From: Candidatus Avedoeria danica
Lineage (GTDB): Bacteria > Chloroflexota > Anaerolineae > Epilineales > Epilineaceae
Length of the DNA: 64,000 nt
Direction: 5' to 3'
Assembly: GCA_016703025.1 (NCBI GenBank)
Contig: JADJCV010000004.1
Coordinates: 491,164-555,163, forward strand
Of this stretch, positions 40,185 through 51,300 are shown in pieces. Below the pieces are notes generated by a model. It did not search any database. It saw only the letters and a program-made list of their open reading frames with translations, and had not been told where the DNA came from. The stretch's first letter is position 1. Each line of letters opens with the position of its first letter. A program made the translations under genes and the position numbers.

Positions 40185-41834
40185 ATGGGCACTTGGACGA
40201 TTCCCCGCGCGCTGCGCCACTGTGGCTACGTGCTCCTTGTCGGCGGGCCGCTCCTCGTCGCCTCGCCGGTCCGGGCCGATCAACCGGCCGCGCCGCTCCG
40301 CGAGAGCGATGTGGGTGCCGTGCTCGACACCGCCGAGCTGTCCGCGACCGAGGACGCCTGGGTGTCGAGCGCGCGCGCCGGTGACAACTTCGGCGGCGAC
40401 AATCGGCTGTACATCGGCGAGCGTCCGGGCTACGGTGCGGCCCGATCGCTCGTCCAGTTCCGGATGGGCGATCTCGACAAGGCGCGCGCCGTGACCGCCG
40501 CCGAATTCGTGCTCGAGAACACGACGGGGGGGCCTTCGGGCGACCCGGCGCGCGATGTCCCGATCTTCCGCGTGGACGGCACGTGGGACGAGGGCGGCGT
40601 GAAGTGGAGCAACTTCCCGGGGACCAACGGTGATCGGCTGGCGACGGTGTCCGTCGGCGTCGGGTCCGGCGTTCATCGCTGGCGGTCCGACAAGGTGACC
40701 GACCTCGTCCGGCGCTGGCGCCTCCCGAAGTGGCAGAAGCAGTACCTGCCCAACCGCGGCCTGTTCATCCAGGGCTACGAGGCCGGCGGCTCGCACCGCG
40801 GCTTCGGATCGAGCGAGTCCGGCCAGAAACCCAAGCTGCGGCTCACGCACGAGCGCGATGAGAAGGCGCCGGTCGGGCGCCTGAAGGCCGTCCCGCGCTA
40901 CTTCAACGCCAAGACCGCCGACGGCGCGACGGGCCAGTCCAAGATCAAGCTCAGTTGGGATTTCGACGACCCGGCGCCGGCCAGCGGCGTGGCGTTCTTC
41001 CGGCTGTACAGCCAGCGCAACAACCAGCCCCTCGTCCTCGAAGCGGACACCATCGAAGCCGACCATTTCGAGTTCAGGGGGGACAACGGCGTCGAGTACG
41101 CGCTCGTGATCAACGCCGTCGACCAGGCGGGCAACGTCGAGCCGCAGGAGCCCGCCGAGGCGCTGACGCTCGTCGACCACCAGGCGCCGCAGGTCGCGGC
41201 CCAGCCGCTGCCGCCCTTCAGCCGCGGCACGTTCAACGTCATTATCGGCGGCGGCGACCTGCCGAACGGGCCGGGTCAGGTGAACGCCGGCATCCTGTGG
41301 TACGACATCGTCTACCGGCTGGACGGCGGCGCCTGGGCGCCGCTCGTGCTGCAGTCGACGTCCACCGCGGTCGCCGTGCCGGACCCGATCGACGGGGCGA
41401 CATATGACTTCCACGTCCGCGCGTTCGACAAGGCCGAGAACGAGCAGCCGCTCAACCTCGGCGTCGTCCAGGCGACGACGACGATCGACCGCCGGCCGCC
41501 GGTCGTGACGTTCACGCCGGTGCAGGGGATCTCCAACCCGCGCTTCAGCGTCCAGTGGGCGGGCGTCGATCCGCTGCCCGGCGCGAGCGGCGTGGCGCGC
41601 TACGACATCCAGTTCCGGATCGGCGGCGGCGTCTGGACGGACTGGGTGACGGCCTCGACCGAAACGTCGCGCGTGTTCGAGGGCGCGTTCTCCAACGTCT
41701 ACAGCTTCCGTGGCCGCGCTTCGGACAACGTCGGCAACCAGGGGGTCTATCTGAGCGAGGCGCAGTTGTACGTCGGCGTGCTGGATCGTGCGACGCTGAC
41801 GCACCAGATTCGGCTGCCGCTGCTGCGGCGCTAG
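40185..41834 (+). CDS. Secreted DNRLRE-domain protein with fibronectin-III-like C-terminal domains
   Basis: ATG 40185 after GAAGGAGG RBS; signal peptide; GDNFGGDNRLYIG matches the DNRLRE carbohydrate-binding-like domain signature. Confidence 0.6.
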   Translation: MGTWTIPRALRHCGYVLLVGGPLLVASPVRADQPAAPLRESDVGAVLDTAELSATEDAWVSSARAGDNFGGDNRLYIGERPGYGAARSLVQFRMGDLDKARAVTAAEFVLENTTGGPSGDPARDVPIFRVDGTWDEGGVKWSNFPGTNGDRLATVSVGVGSGVHRWRSDKVTDLVRRWRLPKWQKQYLPNRGLFIQGYEAGGSHRGFGSSESGQKPKLRLTHERDEKAPVGRLKAVPRYFNAKTADGATGQSKIKLSWDFDDPAPASGVAFFRLYSQRNNQPLVLEADTIEADHFEFRGDNGVEYALVINAVDQAGNVEPQEPAEALTLVDHQAPQVAAQPLPPFSRGTFNVIIGGGDLPNGPGQVNAGILWYDIVYRLDGGAWAPLVLQSTSTAVAVPDPIDGATYDFHVRAFDKAENEQPLNLGVVQATTTIDRRPPVVTFTPVQGISNPRFSVQWAGVDPLPGASGVARYDIQFRIGGGVWTDWVTASTETSRVFEGAFSNVYSFRGRASDNVGNQGVYLSEAQLYVGVLDRATLTHQIRLPLLRR

Positions 41835-41952
41835 CACACCCCCACTGCAGAGTCTCCGGGTTCCACACGCTGGTGGCAACCCCAGGCATGTCCGGTGGCG
41901 GGGCACTCACCTGCGCGGGCATCATCGTCGCTCACCGCAAGGAGCACCGCTC

Positions 41953-43555
41953 ATGAGGGCAGCCCCGCACCGTACCCGCCAGGCGCTCGGCGCGGCCCTT
42001 GCCGCCGTGCTGTGCGTCGTCGCCGCCGGGACGATCGAGTCCGCGCGCGGCGCCGCGCGCGCGGCGGCCGACCCGCCGACGGTCTACGTCAACAGCACCG
42101 CGGACGGTCCGCCGACGCCCTGCAAGCCCGGGCGCCACTGCTCGCTGCGCGACGCGATCGAGACCGTGGCCCAGACGGGCCGACCGGGCCGGATCGCGGC
42201 CCGATTCTGCGGCACGGGCGTGCCCGGTCCGTACTGCCTCGGCCAGGACGATCCGAACTACGTTCCGGCGGCGCGCGTCTGGCGAATCCCGCTGATCGAG
42301 CCCTACGGGTTCGACATCACGGGCACGCAGGTCACGATCGACTTCTCCGTCGGCGTGCCGGACTGGCAGGCCGCGGCCGACAACGTCATCGAGCTCGACA
42401 CCGGCCAGGGAGAGATCGATTGGGCGTTCGGCATCGACGGCACCGGCCATGTGCTGCGCGGTCTCAACCTGCGCGGCGACGTCCAGACGGCGCAAGTGGT
42501 CCTCTACAACGGAGCGACCGGCGTGACGCTTCGACGGCCTGGCGTTCGCCGGCGTCGGCACCGTCGGCGAAGTGGGCGGCGACGCGATCCGGGTGCGCGA
42601 CGAGAAGACGACCGGCAACCGGATCATCGGGACGCAGTGCGGCTGGTTCGGTCCGCCGAACACGGACGGTGCCGCGCGGCCGCCGGAGCCGGTCAGCGGC
42701 ACGTGCGTCGAGGTGTCGCGCGGCGCCCACGACAACCAGATCGGCGAGCTCGGCGGCCCGCCCAATGTCTTCGCCGATGCCGCGATCGGCGTGCACGTCA
42801 CCGGCCGGGGGACACGAGGCAACGAAGTCCGCAACGCGCGCGTCGACGGCAACGGCGTCGGGATCCGCGTGAGCGCCGATGCGCTCGAAACGCGGCTGGA
42901 GGGCAACACGATCGTCCGCAGCTCGGGCAACGGTGTCGAGGTCGTGGGCGCGTCCTGGAGCACGGCGATCGTCGGCAATCGGATCGGGATCGACGCGGGC
43001 GACGTGCCGGCCGAGAGCCCGCTGCCGAACGAAGGCTGGGGGATCGACATCGCCGCGCCGGCCAAGGGGAGCCGCATCGAGGACAACCTCGTCCAGGGCA
43101 ACGGAGCGGGCGGCATCCGCGTCGCGGGCCGGACGGCCGAGCAGAACGCGCTGCTCCGCAACCGAATCACGGACCACGTGGGCGCCGCGATCGCGGTAGT
43201 GAACGGCGCGAACGGCGGCGTGGCACCGCCTGCGCTCAGCTGGGCCGGCGCGCGCATCGTCGGCCGAACGTGCTCGCAGTGCGATGTCCAGCTCTTCTCC
43301 GATCCGGCCGACGAAGCGGCCGCGCTCGAGGGCGCCGCCAAGGCCGACAACGGCGGCACCGTGATCTTTACGCCGGGTCCGGCGTTCCGCTTCCGGTTCA
43401 TCACCGCCCTGGCCACCGATCCCGACGGCAACTCGTCCGCATTGAGCGCGCCGTTGGACACCGTGCCGGGGCCGACGCCGACGGCCACGTCGGTGGGGCC
43501 GGTGGTGCGCGGGCGGTTGTGGCTGCCGGTCGCGTGGCGAGGATGGCCGCGCTAA
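41953..43555 (+). pseudogene. Secreted CSLREA-like / right-handed parallel beta-helix protein, interrupted by a single-nucleotide frameshift near 42527
   Basis: ORF 41953..43692 (signal peptide, HCSLRDAIETV) reads VLYNGATGVTL then goes out of frame. ORF 42572..43555 continues the same protein (…DGLAFAGVGTVGEVGGDAIRVRDEKTTGNRIIG…NGVGIRVS…GNGVEVVG beta-helix rungs). Removing one T in GCTTCGACGG restores VTLDGLAFAG. Could be a sequencing error. Confidence 0.6.
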
Positions 43556-43591
43556 GCAGGGCAGTCGAACATCGCGCCGTCGCTCGGCCTA

Positions 43592-43648
43592 CGGCCCTCT
43601 CCCCCCGACCCCCTCCCCCAAGTCTGGGGGAGGGGGAGGATGGTTGGC
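43592..43648. repeat. Copy A of a GC-rich repeat containing an 11-bp-stem palindrome (CCCCCTCCCCC-AAGTCT-GGGGGAGGGGG)
   Basis: GGCCCTCTCCCCCCGACCCCCTCCCCCAAGTCTGGGGGAGGGGGAGGATGGTTGGCG; ~93% identical direct copy at 62953-63030. Confidence 0.75.
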
Positions 43649-43660
43649 GCTGGAACAAGA

Positions 43661-43689
43661 GTTGCGTGACAGAACGGATGTTCGTACAC
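43661..43689 (+). promoter_or_regulatory. Promoter (TTGCGT-17-TACACT) with embedded Cheo-type LexA box aGAACGGATGTTCGt (43670-43684) immediately upstream of the radical SAM gene; predicts a leaderless mRNA
   Basis: GAAC-N4-GTTC palindrome inside the spacer; -10 ends 7 nt before the ATG at 43697. Confidence 0.5.
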
Positions 43690-43696
43690 TGAGACA

Positions 43697-44935
43697 ATGT
43701 CCACCGACCTTGCCGACCGCCTTGACGTCCTGGCCGATGGCGCGCAGTTCGACCTCTGTGCCCAGTCCGGCCAGCCGATGCCGGACGGCCGGCCCAAGGC
43801 GACGACCGCATCGTCCGGCGGTTCGTCGTCGACCGCCGCCGACCGCGGCACCGAACGCAGCTACCGCCACGGCGACGTCACGCGCCACATCATGCGGATC
43901 AGCGGCCCGCGCGGACCGACGACGCAGCTGCGCGTCCTGCAGACGAACGCGTGCGCCAAGGACTGCTTCTACTGTCCGTTCCGGGCCGGCCGCAACTTCC
44001 GGCGCGAGGCGTTCACGCCCGATGAGCTCGCGCGCTTGACGGACGGGCTTCACCGGGCGGGGCGGATCAAGGCGCTGTTCCTGTCCAGCGGAGTCGTCGG
44101 GCACGATGACCACTCCATGGCGCAGATCGTGGCCACGGGTGAGATTCTCCGGCGCCGCTATCGGTACAGCGGCTACCTGCACCTCAAGATGATGCCGGGC
44201 GCGAGCGACGCGGCCATCGAGGCCGCGCTGACCGTCGCCGATCGGGTCAGCGTGAACCTCGAGGCGCCGACGGCGGCACACCTCGCGCGGCTGACGTCGA
44301 CGAAGGACCTCGCGGCCGATCTCCTGGCGCCGCTGCGCCGCGTGAAGCGCATCGTCGACGCGCGGCGGCTGCGGCGGCGGAACGCGGTCACGGGGCGCGA
44401 TGAGCCGGTGCGGGTGTCGCGCACGACGCAATTCGTCGTCGGGCCGGCGGGCGAATCGGACCGCGACCTGCTGGGCGTCACGCAGCGGTTGTACCGCGAG
44501 CTCGGCCTGTCGCGCGTCTACTACAGCGCCTTCCGACCCGTGCCCGATACGCCGCTGGACGGCCACCCGCCCGAGGATCCCCGCCGTGAGCGCCGGCTCT
44601 ATCAGGCCGACTTCCTGCTGCGTGACTACGGCTGGTCGGCGGACGAGCTGCCGATGGCGGGCGACCGGCTCGACCTGGACGACGATCCGAAGCTGGCGTG
44701 GGCGCGCGCGCATCCGGATCGCTACCCGATCGAGGTGAACCGCGCGGCTCGCGAGGAGCTCCTGCGGGTGCCCGGCATCGGCCCGGTCGCCGCGGATGCG
44801 CTGATCGCGGCACGCCGTGAGGGGCGGCTGCGGTCGCCGGACCATCTTGGGCGACTGGGCGTGGGGGTGCGGGCGCTCGAATGGCTGACCGTCGACGGGC
44901 GGCGGGCGGCGGTGCAGATGTCGCTCGGGATTTGA
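43697..44935 (+). CDS. Putative DNA modification/repair radical SAM protein (TIGR03916-like, C-terminal helix-hairpin-helix)
   Basis: CxxxCxxC cluster (NACAKDCFYCPF), C-terminal HhH (LLRVPGIGPVAADALIAARREG). Family normally co-occurs with a UDG-like partner gene that is not seen here. Confidence 0.8.
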   Translation: MSTDLADRLDVLADGAQFDLCAQSGQPMPDGRPKATTASSGGSSSTAADRGTERSYRHGDVTRHIMRISGPRGPTTQLRVLQTNACAKDCFYCPFRAGRNFRREAFTPDELARLTDGLHRAGRIKALFLSSGVVGHDDHSMAQIVATGEILRRRYRYSGYLHLKMMPGASDAAIEAALTVADRVSVNLEAPTAAHLARLTSTKDLAADLLAPLRRVKRIVDARRLRRRNAVTGRDEPVRVSRTTQFVVGPAGESDRDLLGVTQRLYRELGLSRVYYSAFRPVPDTPLDGHPPEDPRRERRLYQADFLLRDYGWSADELPMAGDRLDLDDDPKLAWARAHPDRYPIEVNRAAREELLRVPGIGPVAADALIAARREGRLRSPDHLGRLGVGVRALEWLTVDGRRAAVQMSLGI

Positions 44936-45387
44936 GCCCGAGCGCCGCCCGGGACTTCGACCCGCAATTCCGCCGAACGGCTTGTGACCGTATCCTGTGC
45001 GGCGGGCACCACGTTAGAACGGACAGCACCGAGGGGAGCGTCCGGCAGCACCGCCCGACGCGATCGCATGGCCACAGGCAGGTTGAGCGCAGATGTACAG
45101 TTGCCGACGATGTACGAGCGGCCACGTCTGATGATTCGCTTCGATCGGCGGCAGCCGTTCGCCGCCCATCGCCGGACCGGGCAGCGTCAGAACGGCTGGC
45201 AGGTCGATGAGCATTCCTTAAGCTTGGCGGCCGTATCCATCAGGACATACTCATCGTTGATTCATACAGCGCGGCCACCGCCGCGTCGTTGCTGTATGCC
45301 GCCATGCGGCCGCGCAACCTTCAGGCACACGCAACGTCGACGACCGACCACCATACGACCGTGCCGTCACGAATAGGGAGCAGATCC

Positions 45388-48300
45388 ATGCGCCGCCTGC
45401 CGCTTGCCGGTTCGTTCCTGGCCAACAAGGCCGCAAGGTACATCCGCGTCATCGCGCTCGCGTGCTGCGCGCTGGCCTTCCTCGCGCTCGGTGCGCCGGG
45501 CGGCGCGTCGACCAGCGCCGTCCGGGCGCAGCAGCAGCATGGCGCTCCGGACAGTGTCCAGGAGGCGCAGGCGCTCGGCGCGACGATCGTCGTGAACACG
45601 ACGGATCAGGAGGTCAACAGCGACGCGGACTGCTCGCTGCAGGAGGCGATCTTCGCCGCCAACTTCGATGCGGCGGTGGCGATCAACCCGAACAGCCTGA
45701 ACGGCCCGAAGATCACCACGGGGTGTACGCCGGGCAGCGGCGCCGACACGATCGTGCTGGCGGCGAACGCGGTGTATACGACGAACGGATCGGTCGCCTC
45801 CGGCGTCCAGAACGGGGTCGCCCAGGACCAGTTCAACCCGGCCGGGCTGACGGCCACGCCGTCCGTCACGTCCACGATCACGATCCAGGGCAACGGTGCG
45901 CGCTTCGAGCGGACGGCGGGGACGGTCGGCGTCGTCCGCGCCTTCATGGTGAACCAGCAGGTCGGCCTTGAGGTCTCCCACGCCCAGGGCAACCTGACGA
46001 TCCAGAACCTGCATATCAAGGGCTTCAAGGCCCAGGGCGGACCCGGCTCCGACGGCGGCGGCGGCGGCATGGGCGCCGGCGGTGCGATCTACGTCCGCAA
46101 CGGCATCCTGACGGTCGAGAACAGCACGTTCGAGGCGAACAACGCCACCGGCGGCGCAGGCGCCGCCGTGACGGGCACCGCCGGCGGCGGCGGCGGCGGC
46201 GGGATGTCGACGTCCTCGATGGGCGGCAACGACGTGGCGGTCGGCGCCGGGAACGGCGGCGGTGGCGGCGGCGGCGCCCGTGGCCGCGGCGGGAACGGCC
46301 CGAACTCGGGCGGCGGTGGCGGCGGCACAGCGCTCAACGGCGTCGATGGCAGCGCCGGCGGCGTCGGCGGCAACGGCGGCTTCAACTGCGGCGGCAAGGG
46401 CGGCGACTTCCCGAACAACGCGGCCAACAACGGCTTTTGCTCCGGCGGCGCCGGCGGCGGCGGCGCGCAGGGCACGGGCGCCGGCGTGAACGGCGGCGCG
46501 GGCGGCAACGGCAACTACGGCGGCGCCGGCGGCGGCGGCGGCGCGAGCAGCCAGGCCAACGGCGGCAGCGGCGGCAACGGCGGCTTCGGCGGCGGCGGCG
46601 GCGCGGGCGCGGTGGGCACGAGCAACGGCGGCAGCGGCGGCTACGGCGCCGGCGGCGGCGCCCGCGGCAGCACGGGCGGCACGGCGGGCGTGGGTGGGTT
46701 CTTCGGCGTCGGCGGCAACGTGGGACCGGCGGCGGCGGCGGCGGCTCGGGGCTCGGCGGCGCCATCTTCAGCGACAGCGGCAACGTGACGGTGCGCAACA
46801 GCACGTTCTTCGGCAACACCGCAGTTTCCGGACCCCGAGGCGCCTCGGCCTCCGGCTCGTCCGGTGTGGGCGGCGGCGGCCATCTGGTCCCGCAACGGCA
46901 CCCTCGACGTCATCCACGCAACGTTCAACCAACTCCAGGTCGCCTGCCGCCGGGCACGGGCGAGCGATGGGCGCTCGGCATCTGGACCGACAGTGGCCAG
47001 ACCGCCACGTTCAACCTCCGCAACTCGATTCTGTTCGGCAACGGCGCGAGCGAGTGCACCGCGTTCCAGCCCGGTGGTGGCGGCGCGCTCACCAAGCTCG
47101 GCAGCGGCAACCTGATCGGCAGCAACTCGGGTGGCGCGGGTGCATGCCCCGGCGTCGCCGTGACGACCGATCCGGTGCTCGGTCCGCTCCAGATCAATGC
47201 GCCCGGCAACACGCCGACGATGGCGATCAACGAGACGAGCTCGGCGTTCAACACCGCCGACGCGGCCCAGGGCCTGCCGACGGACCAGCGCGGCGTTCCG
47301 CGGCCGCAAGGTGCCGGCTTCGATATCGGCGCGTTCGAGGCGATCCTCGTCGACCTCTCGATCACGAAGTCGTGCTACGCGCGGCCGATCGCCGGGTCGC
47401 CGACGCAGGATCCGGACGTCGTGATCGCCGGCCAGCAATGGATCTGCGATATCACGGTGTCGAACCCAAGCGGCGTGCCGTTCAAGACCTGATCATCAAT
47501 GACACGGTCAGCGCGGACCTGCGGTTCGTCGCCTCCACGGCCTCGGGCGACGCGAACGACTGGCGGCGGGCCGCGTCGTGCTCGCCGACGCCGCTCCAAG
47601 GACCCGGGATCGTGACGTGCGTCGGCATCGACGTCCTGCCGTTCAGCCAGACGACGTTCCAGATGGCGTTCGTCGTGGACGCGGACTTCGTGGCGCTGAC
47701 GACGACCGGCGAGCTCCCGATCTCGAACAGGGCGTGTATCCGACCGGGCGCGTTCATCGACCCCAACGTGGCGAACAACTGCGACACCGAAACGGACCTC
47801 GTCAAGGAGCTGGCGGACCTGAAGGTTACGAAGATCTCGGAGCCGCACGACACCGTGCGGGCCGGCGAGATCTTCACGTACACGATCTTCGTGGACAACC
47901 TCGGCCCGTCGGTGGCGCGCAACGTCGTGATCAGCGACACGCTGCTGAACAGCAGCAACGTGAGCATCCAGAGCTGCGCGTTCAGCGTCAGCCAGGGCGG
48001 CGGGGCGATCACGCAGTTCACGTGCACGACGGGTCCGTTGGTCAGCACGCAGTTCGGGTCGGACATCGGGACGTTCCGCACGAACATCCTCGACCCGCTC
48101 AGCCCGACGAGCCAGGGGCGGCTGCGCGCCTCGTTCCGCCTCGTCGCCCGCGGGCAGATCGACCTGACGAACACGGTGCGCGTCACGTCCGCCACGCCCG
48201 ACCTCGACATGTCCAACAACATGGCGATGGACACGATCTCCGTCACGGCGGTGTCGGACGTGTCGGTCACGAAGAGCGCCACCGCCGAGGAGCAGCAGAC

Positions 48301-51300
48301 GAACCAGCCGGGGCTGATCTTCAACAACGCCGTGTTCGGGCAGGTGTTCCCGACGGCGCCGAACTACTTCTCGTCCATCCGCGTGACGGCCGGGCGGCGG
48401 ATCCGGTACACGCTCGTCGTGACGAACAACGGGCCGAGCAGGGCGGAGAACGTCGTGCTGACGGACCGGTTGCCGGCGGGGGTGCGCTACTACCAGGGCA
48501 GCCTGACGGTGACGCGGGACCCGGCCGGGGCGGCGCCGCCTGTGCTGCTGCCGGCAGGCGGCGTGCAACACCGGCACGCCCGGCGACGTGAACGACCAGC
48601 TGACGTGCGGGCTGGGCACGCTGCTCACCGGCGGGGCGGGAGCGGGTGACACGGTGACGGTCGTGTTCGAGGTGATCACCGACTCGGGCCTCGAGCCGGG
48701 CTCGATCGTCGAGAACGACGCGCAGGTGACGGCCGATCAGTTCGACATCGACAACTCGGACAACTACGTCTTCACGCAGAACACGGTGCTGGCGGCGGCG
48801 GACATGGGCGTGTTGAAGTCGGCGGTCGGCGAGGTCGTGACGTCGTACAACGCCACGCTGCACGAGTTCATCGTGACGGACGAGGCGAACACAGTGACGG
48901 CGGGCATGATCCTGCGCTACCAGATCCAGGTCCAGAACAACGGCCCATCCGACGGCCGGAACGTGACGATCCAAGAGAACCTGCCGACGTCGCCGCTGCC
49001 GGGGCCGGTGACGTTCCTGCGCGCGGACGGGGCAGTGTGCCGGCCGGACGACGTGAACCAGCAGATCGTGGTCTGCGACCTGGGCTACATGGTGGCCGGG
49101 GCGCGCAAGACGTTCGACATCTACGTCCTGGTCGACCCGTCGGTGCCGACCGGCACGGTCCTGACGAACACGAGCGACGGCGCTGCAGAGCGGGTCGAAC
49201 GTCGTCCCGCCGGGCGCGCCGCCGGCGATCCCGGGGGAGGACCCGACGCGGCCGATCACGTGGGATCCGTGTGGCCTGCGGCCGGTACAGGCGAACACGG
49301 CCACGAACCTGACCACGGTGAACGCCGTGGCGGACGTGTTCATCACGAAGACGGATGTGCCGGCGCGGACCGATCTGGACGGAACGGCTTCGGCCGGACA
49401 GGCAGCGCCTGGCCGGCAACGAGCACCGCTACGAGATCACGATCGGCAACAACGGCATGTCGACGGCGGTGAACGTCGGGGTGACCGACTTGCTGGACCT
49501 CAAGCAGCCGGGCATCCTGGGCGAGACGTTCGTGCGCTGCGAGCCGATCGACCCGGACGACCAGGTGACGTGCGCGTTCACGGGGCCGAACACGGTGACG
49601 GTGACGCGGCTGCAGGTGGGCAACGAGGCGGTGATCCCCACCGCCGGCACGGGCGGCGAACGCTCGTTCCAGGACGCTCGTCAAGGCGAACATCACGACG
49701 ACGACGACGGACTTCCGCACGCAGAACAACCTCGACCGCCACCATACGCTGATCGTCGCCGAGGCGGACCTGTCCATCACGAAGTCGGACGACGCGGCCG
49801 GCTTCCTGAACTGCGACCCGGTGGCGCCGGGTGGGACGATCACCTACGACCTGACGGTGACGAACAACGGCCCATCGGACGCGGCGGACGTCTACGTCGT
49901 CGACCAGCTGCCGTGGCAGTTCGTCGTCGCCGATCCGACGCTCGTGGACGTGACGGTGAGTCGCGGCCAAGTGATCGAGATCCGCGACGACGGCCAGATC
50001 ACGATCCGCGTCGGCAACGACGTGAACAACTCAGGCGTGCCGCAGCTGGGCCGGGTGAACGCGGGCAGCGCGGCGGTGACGATCCGGATCACGACGACGG
50101 TGCGCAAGGACGCGGCGTGCGGCCAGCAGGCGGCCAACCAGGCGCGCGTGGAGACGCGGCGGAACGACGCGGCGGCCCGACCGGTGTGGCCGCCGGCGCC
50201 GCAGCCGTTCCCGGGCATCGACGGCGGGCCGCGGACGCCGACGGCGGACCCGAACGGCGCGAACAACGCGGCCGTGGCGCTGACGACGATCGAGTGCCCG
50301 CGGATCCAGGTGATCAAGACGGTGTCGTTCGACGGGAAGTGCCCGGGCGTGAACATCAACGCCGGCGTGTTCAACCAGACGGGGCAGCCGATCACGTTCT
50401 GCTTCGAGATCACGAACACCGGCACGACGTTCCTGGACGAAGTGTTCGTGTCGGATGTGATCGACACGCGGACGATGGAGCCGACGGAGATCTACTCGGA
50501 CACGATCACCGCGGGTGCTGACCCGAACACGCCGCTCAAGCCGGGCGAGACCGTGAGCCGCAAGGTGACGGTGGACCATGCGCTGCTGAAGTGGGATTGT
50601 GGGCGGATCACCGACACGGTGACGGTGACGGCCAACCCGGTGAACTCGGGTCGGACGGACCTGCCGTGCCTGGAAGACGTGACGGACACGGACGCTGCGA
50701 CGGTCGACGTGCCGTGCGCGGGTGTGGACTGGCGGCTGCAGCTGCCGGTGGTCGGCGGCGAAGGCTGCGAGACGATCATCCAGGTGCAGAACGTCGGCGA
50801 GAAGGACACGAAGGCGCTCTTGGTGTTCTGGGGCGATCCGAGCTTCTGCCCGCCGCAGTCGGCGGGACCGCTGAAGGCGGAGTGCAGCGGCCTGCTGCGG
50901 CCCGGGAGCGCGTGGACGTTCATGGCCAGCCAGTTGCCGGCGGCGGCGCGGAGCGCGATGGTCTACTCGACGAACGCGAACAACCAGGTCCGGAACAAGC
51001 AGGGGAACCTGCGCCGGTTCGCGGACGTGGTGTGTGAGGAGGCGCTGACGTTTGCGGGCAGCGCGGACCAGTGGACGTCGTTCGACGAGGCGTACCGCTA
51101 CCAGGGGACGTACTACGGCGAGTGGGACCAGAGCGGGCTGCACCAGGTGGTGCTGGACTTCGCGAAGAACCAGGGCGAGCCGCTGGCGGTGACGGTGAAC
51201 CGTGGCTGTCCGGATGCGGTGGACGCCAACCTGAAGGACTACGCGGCCTACACGGGCGTGTCGAGCGACCAGGAAGGTGCGCGGGACCCGCGGGGCGGGG

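Noticed and set aside
44984-45376. ORFs in the 450-nt gap after the radical SAM gene (44984..45376 +, 45014..45214 -, 45251..45436 -) as candidates for the missing UDG-like partner
   Set aside because: Translations are low-complexity or Arg-rich with no UDG-like motifs; region looks like promoter/UTR DNA of giant gene A.
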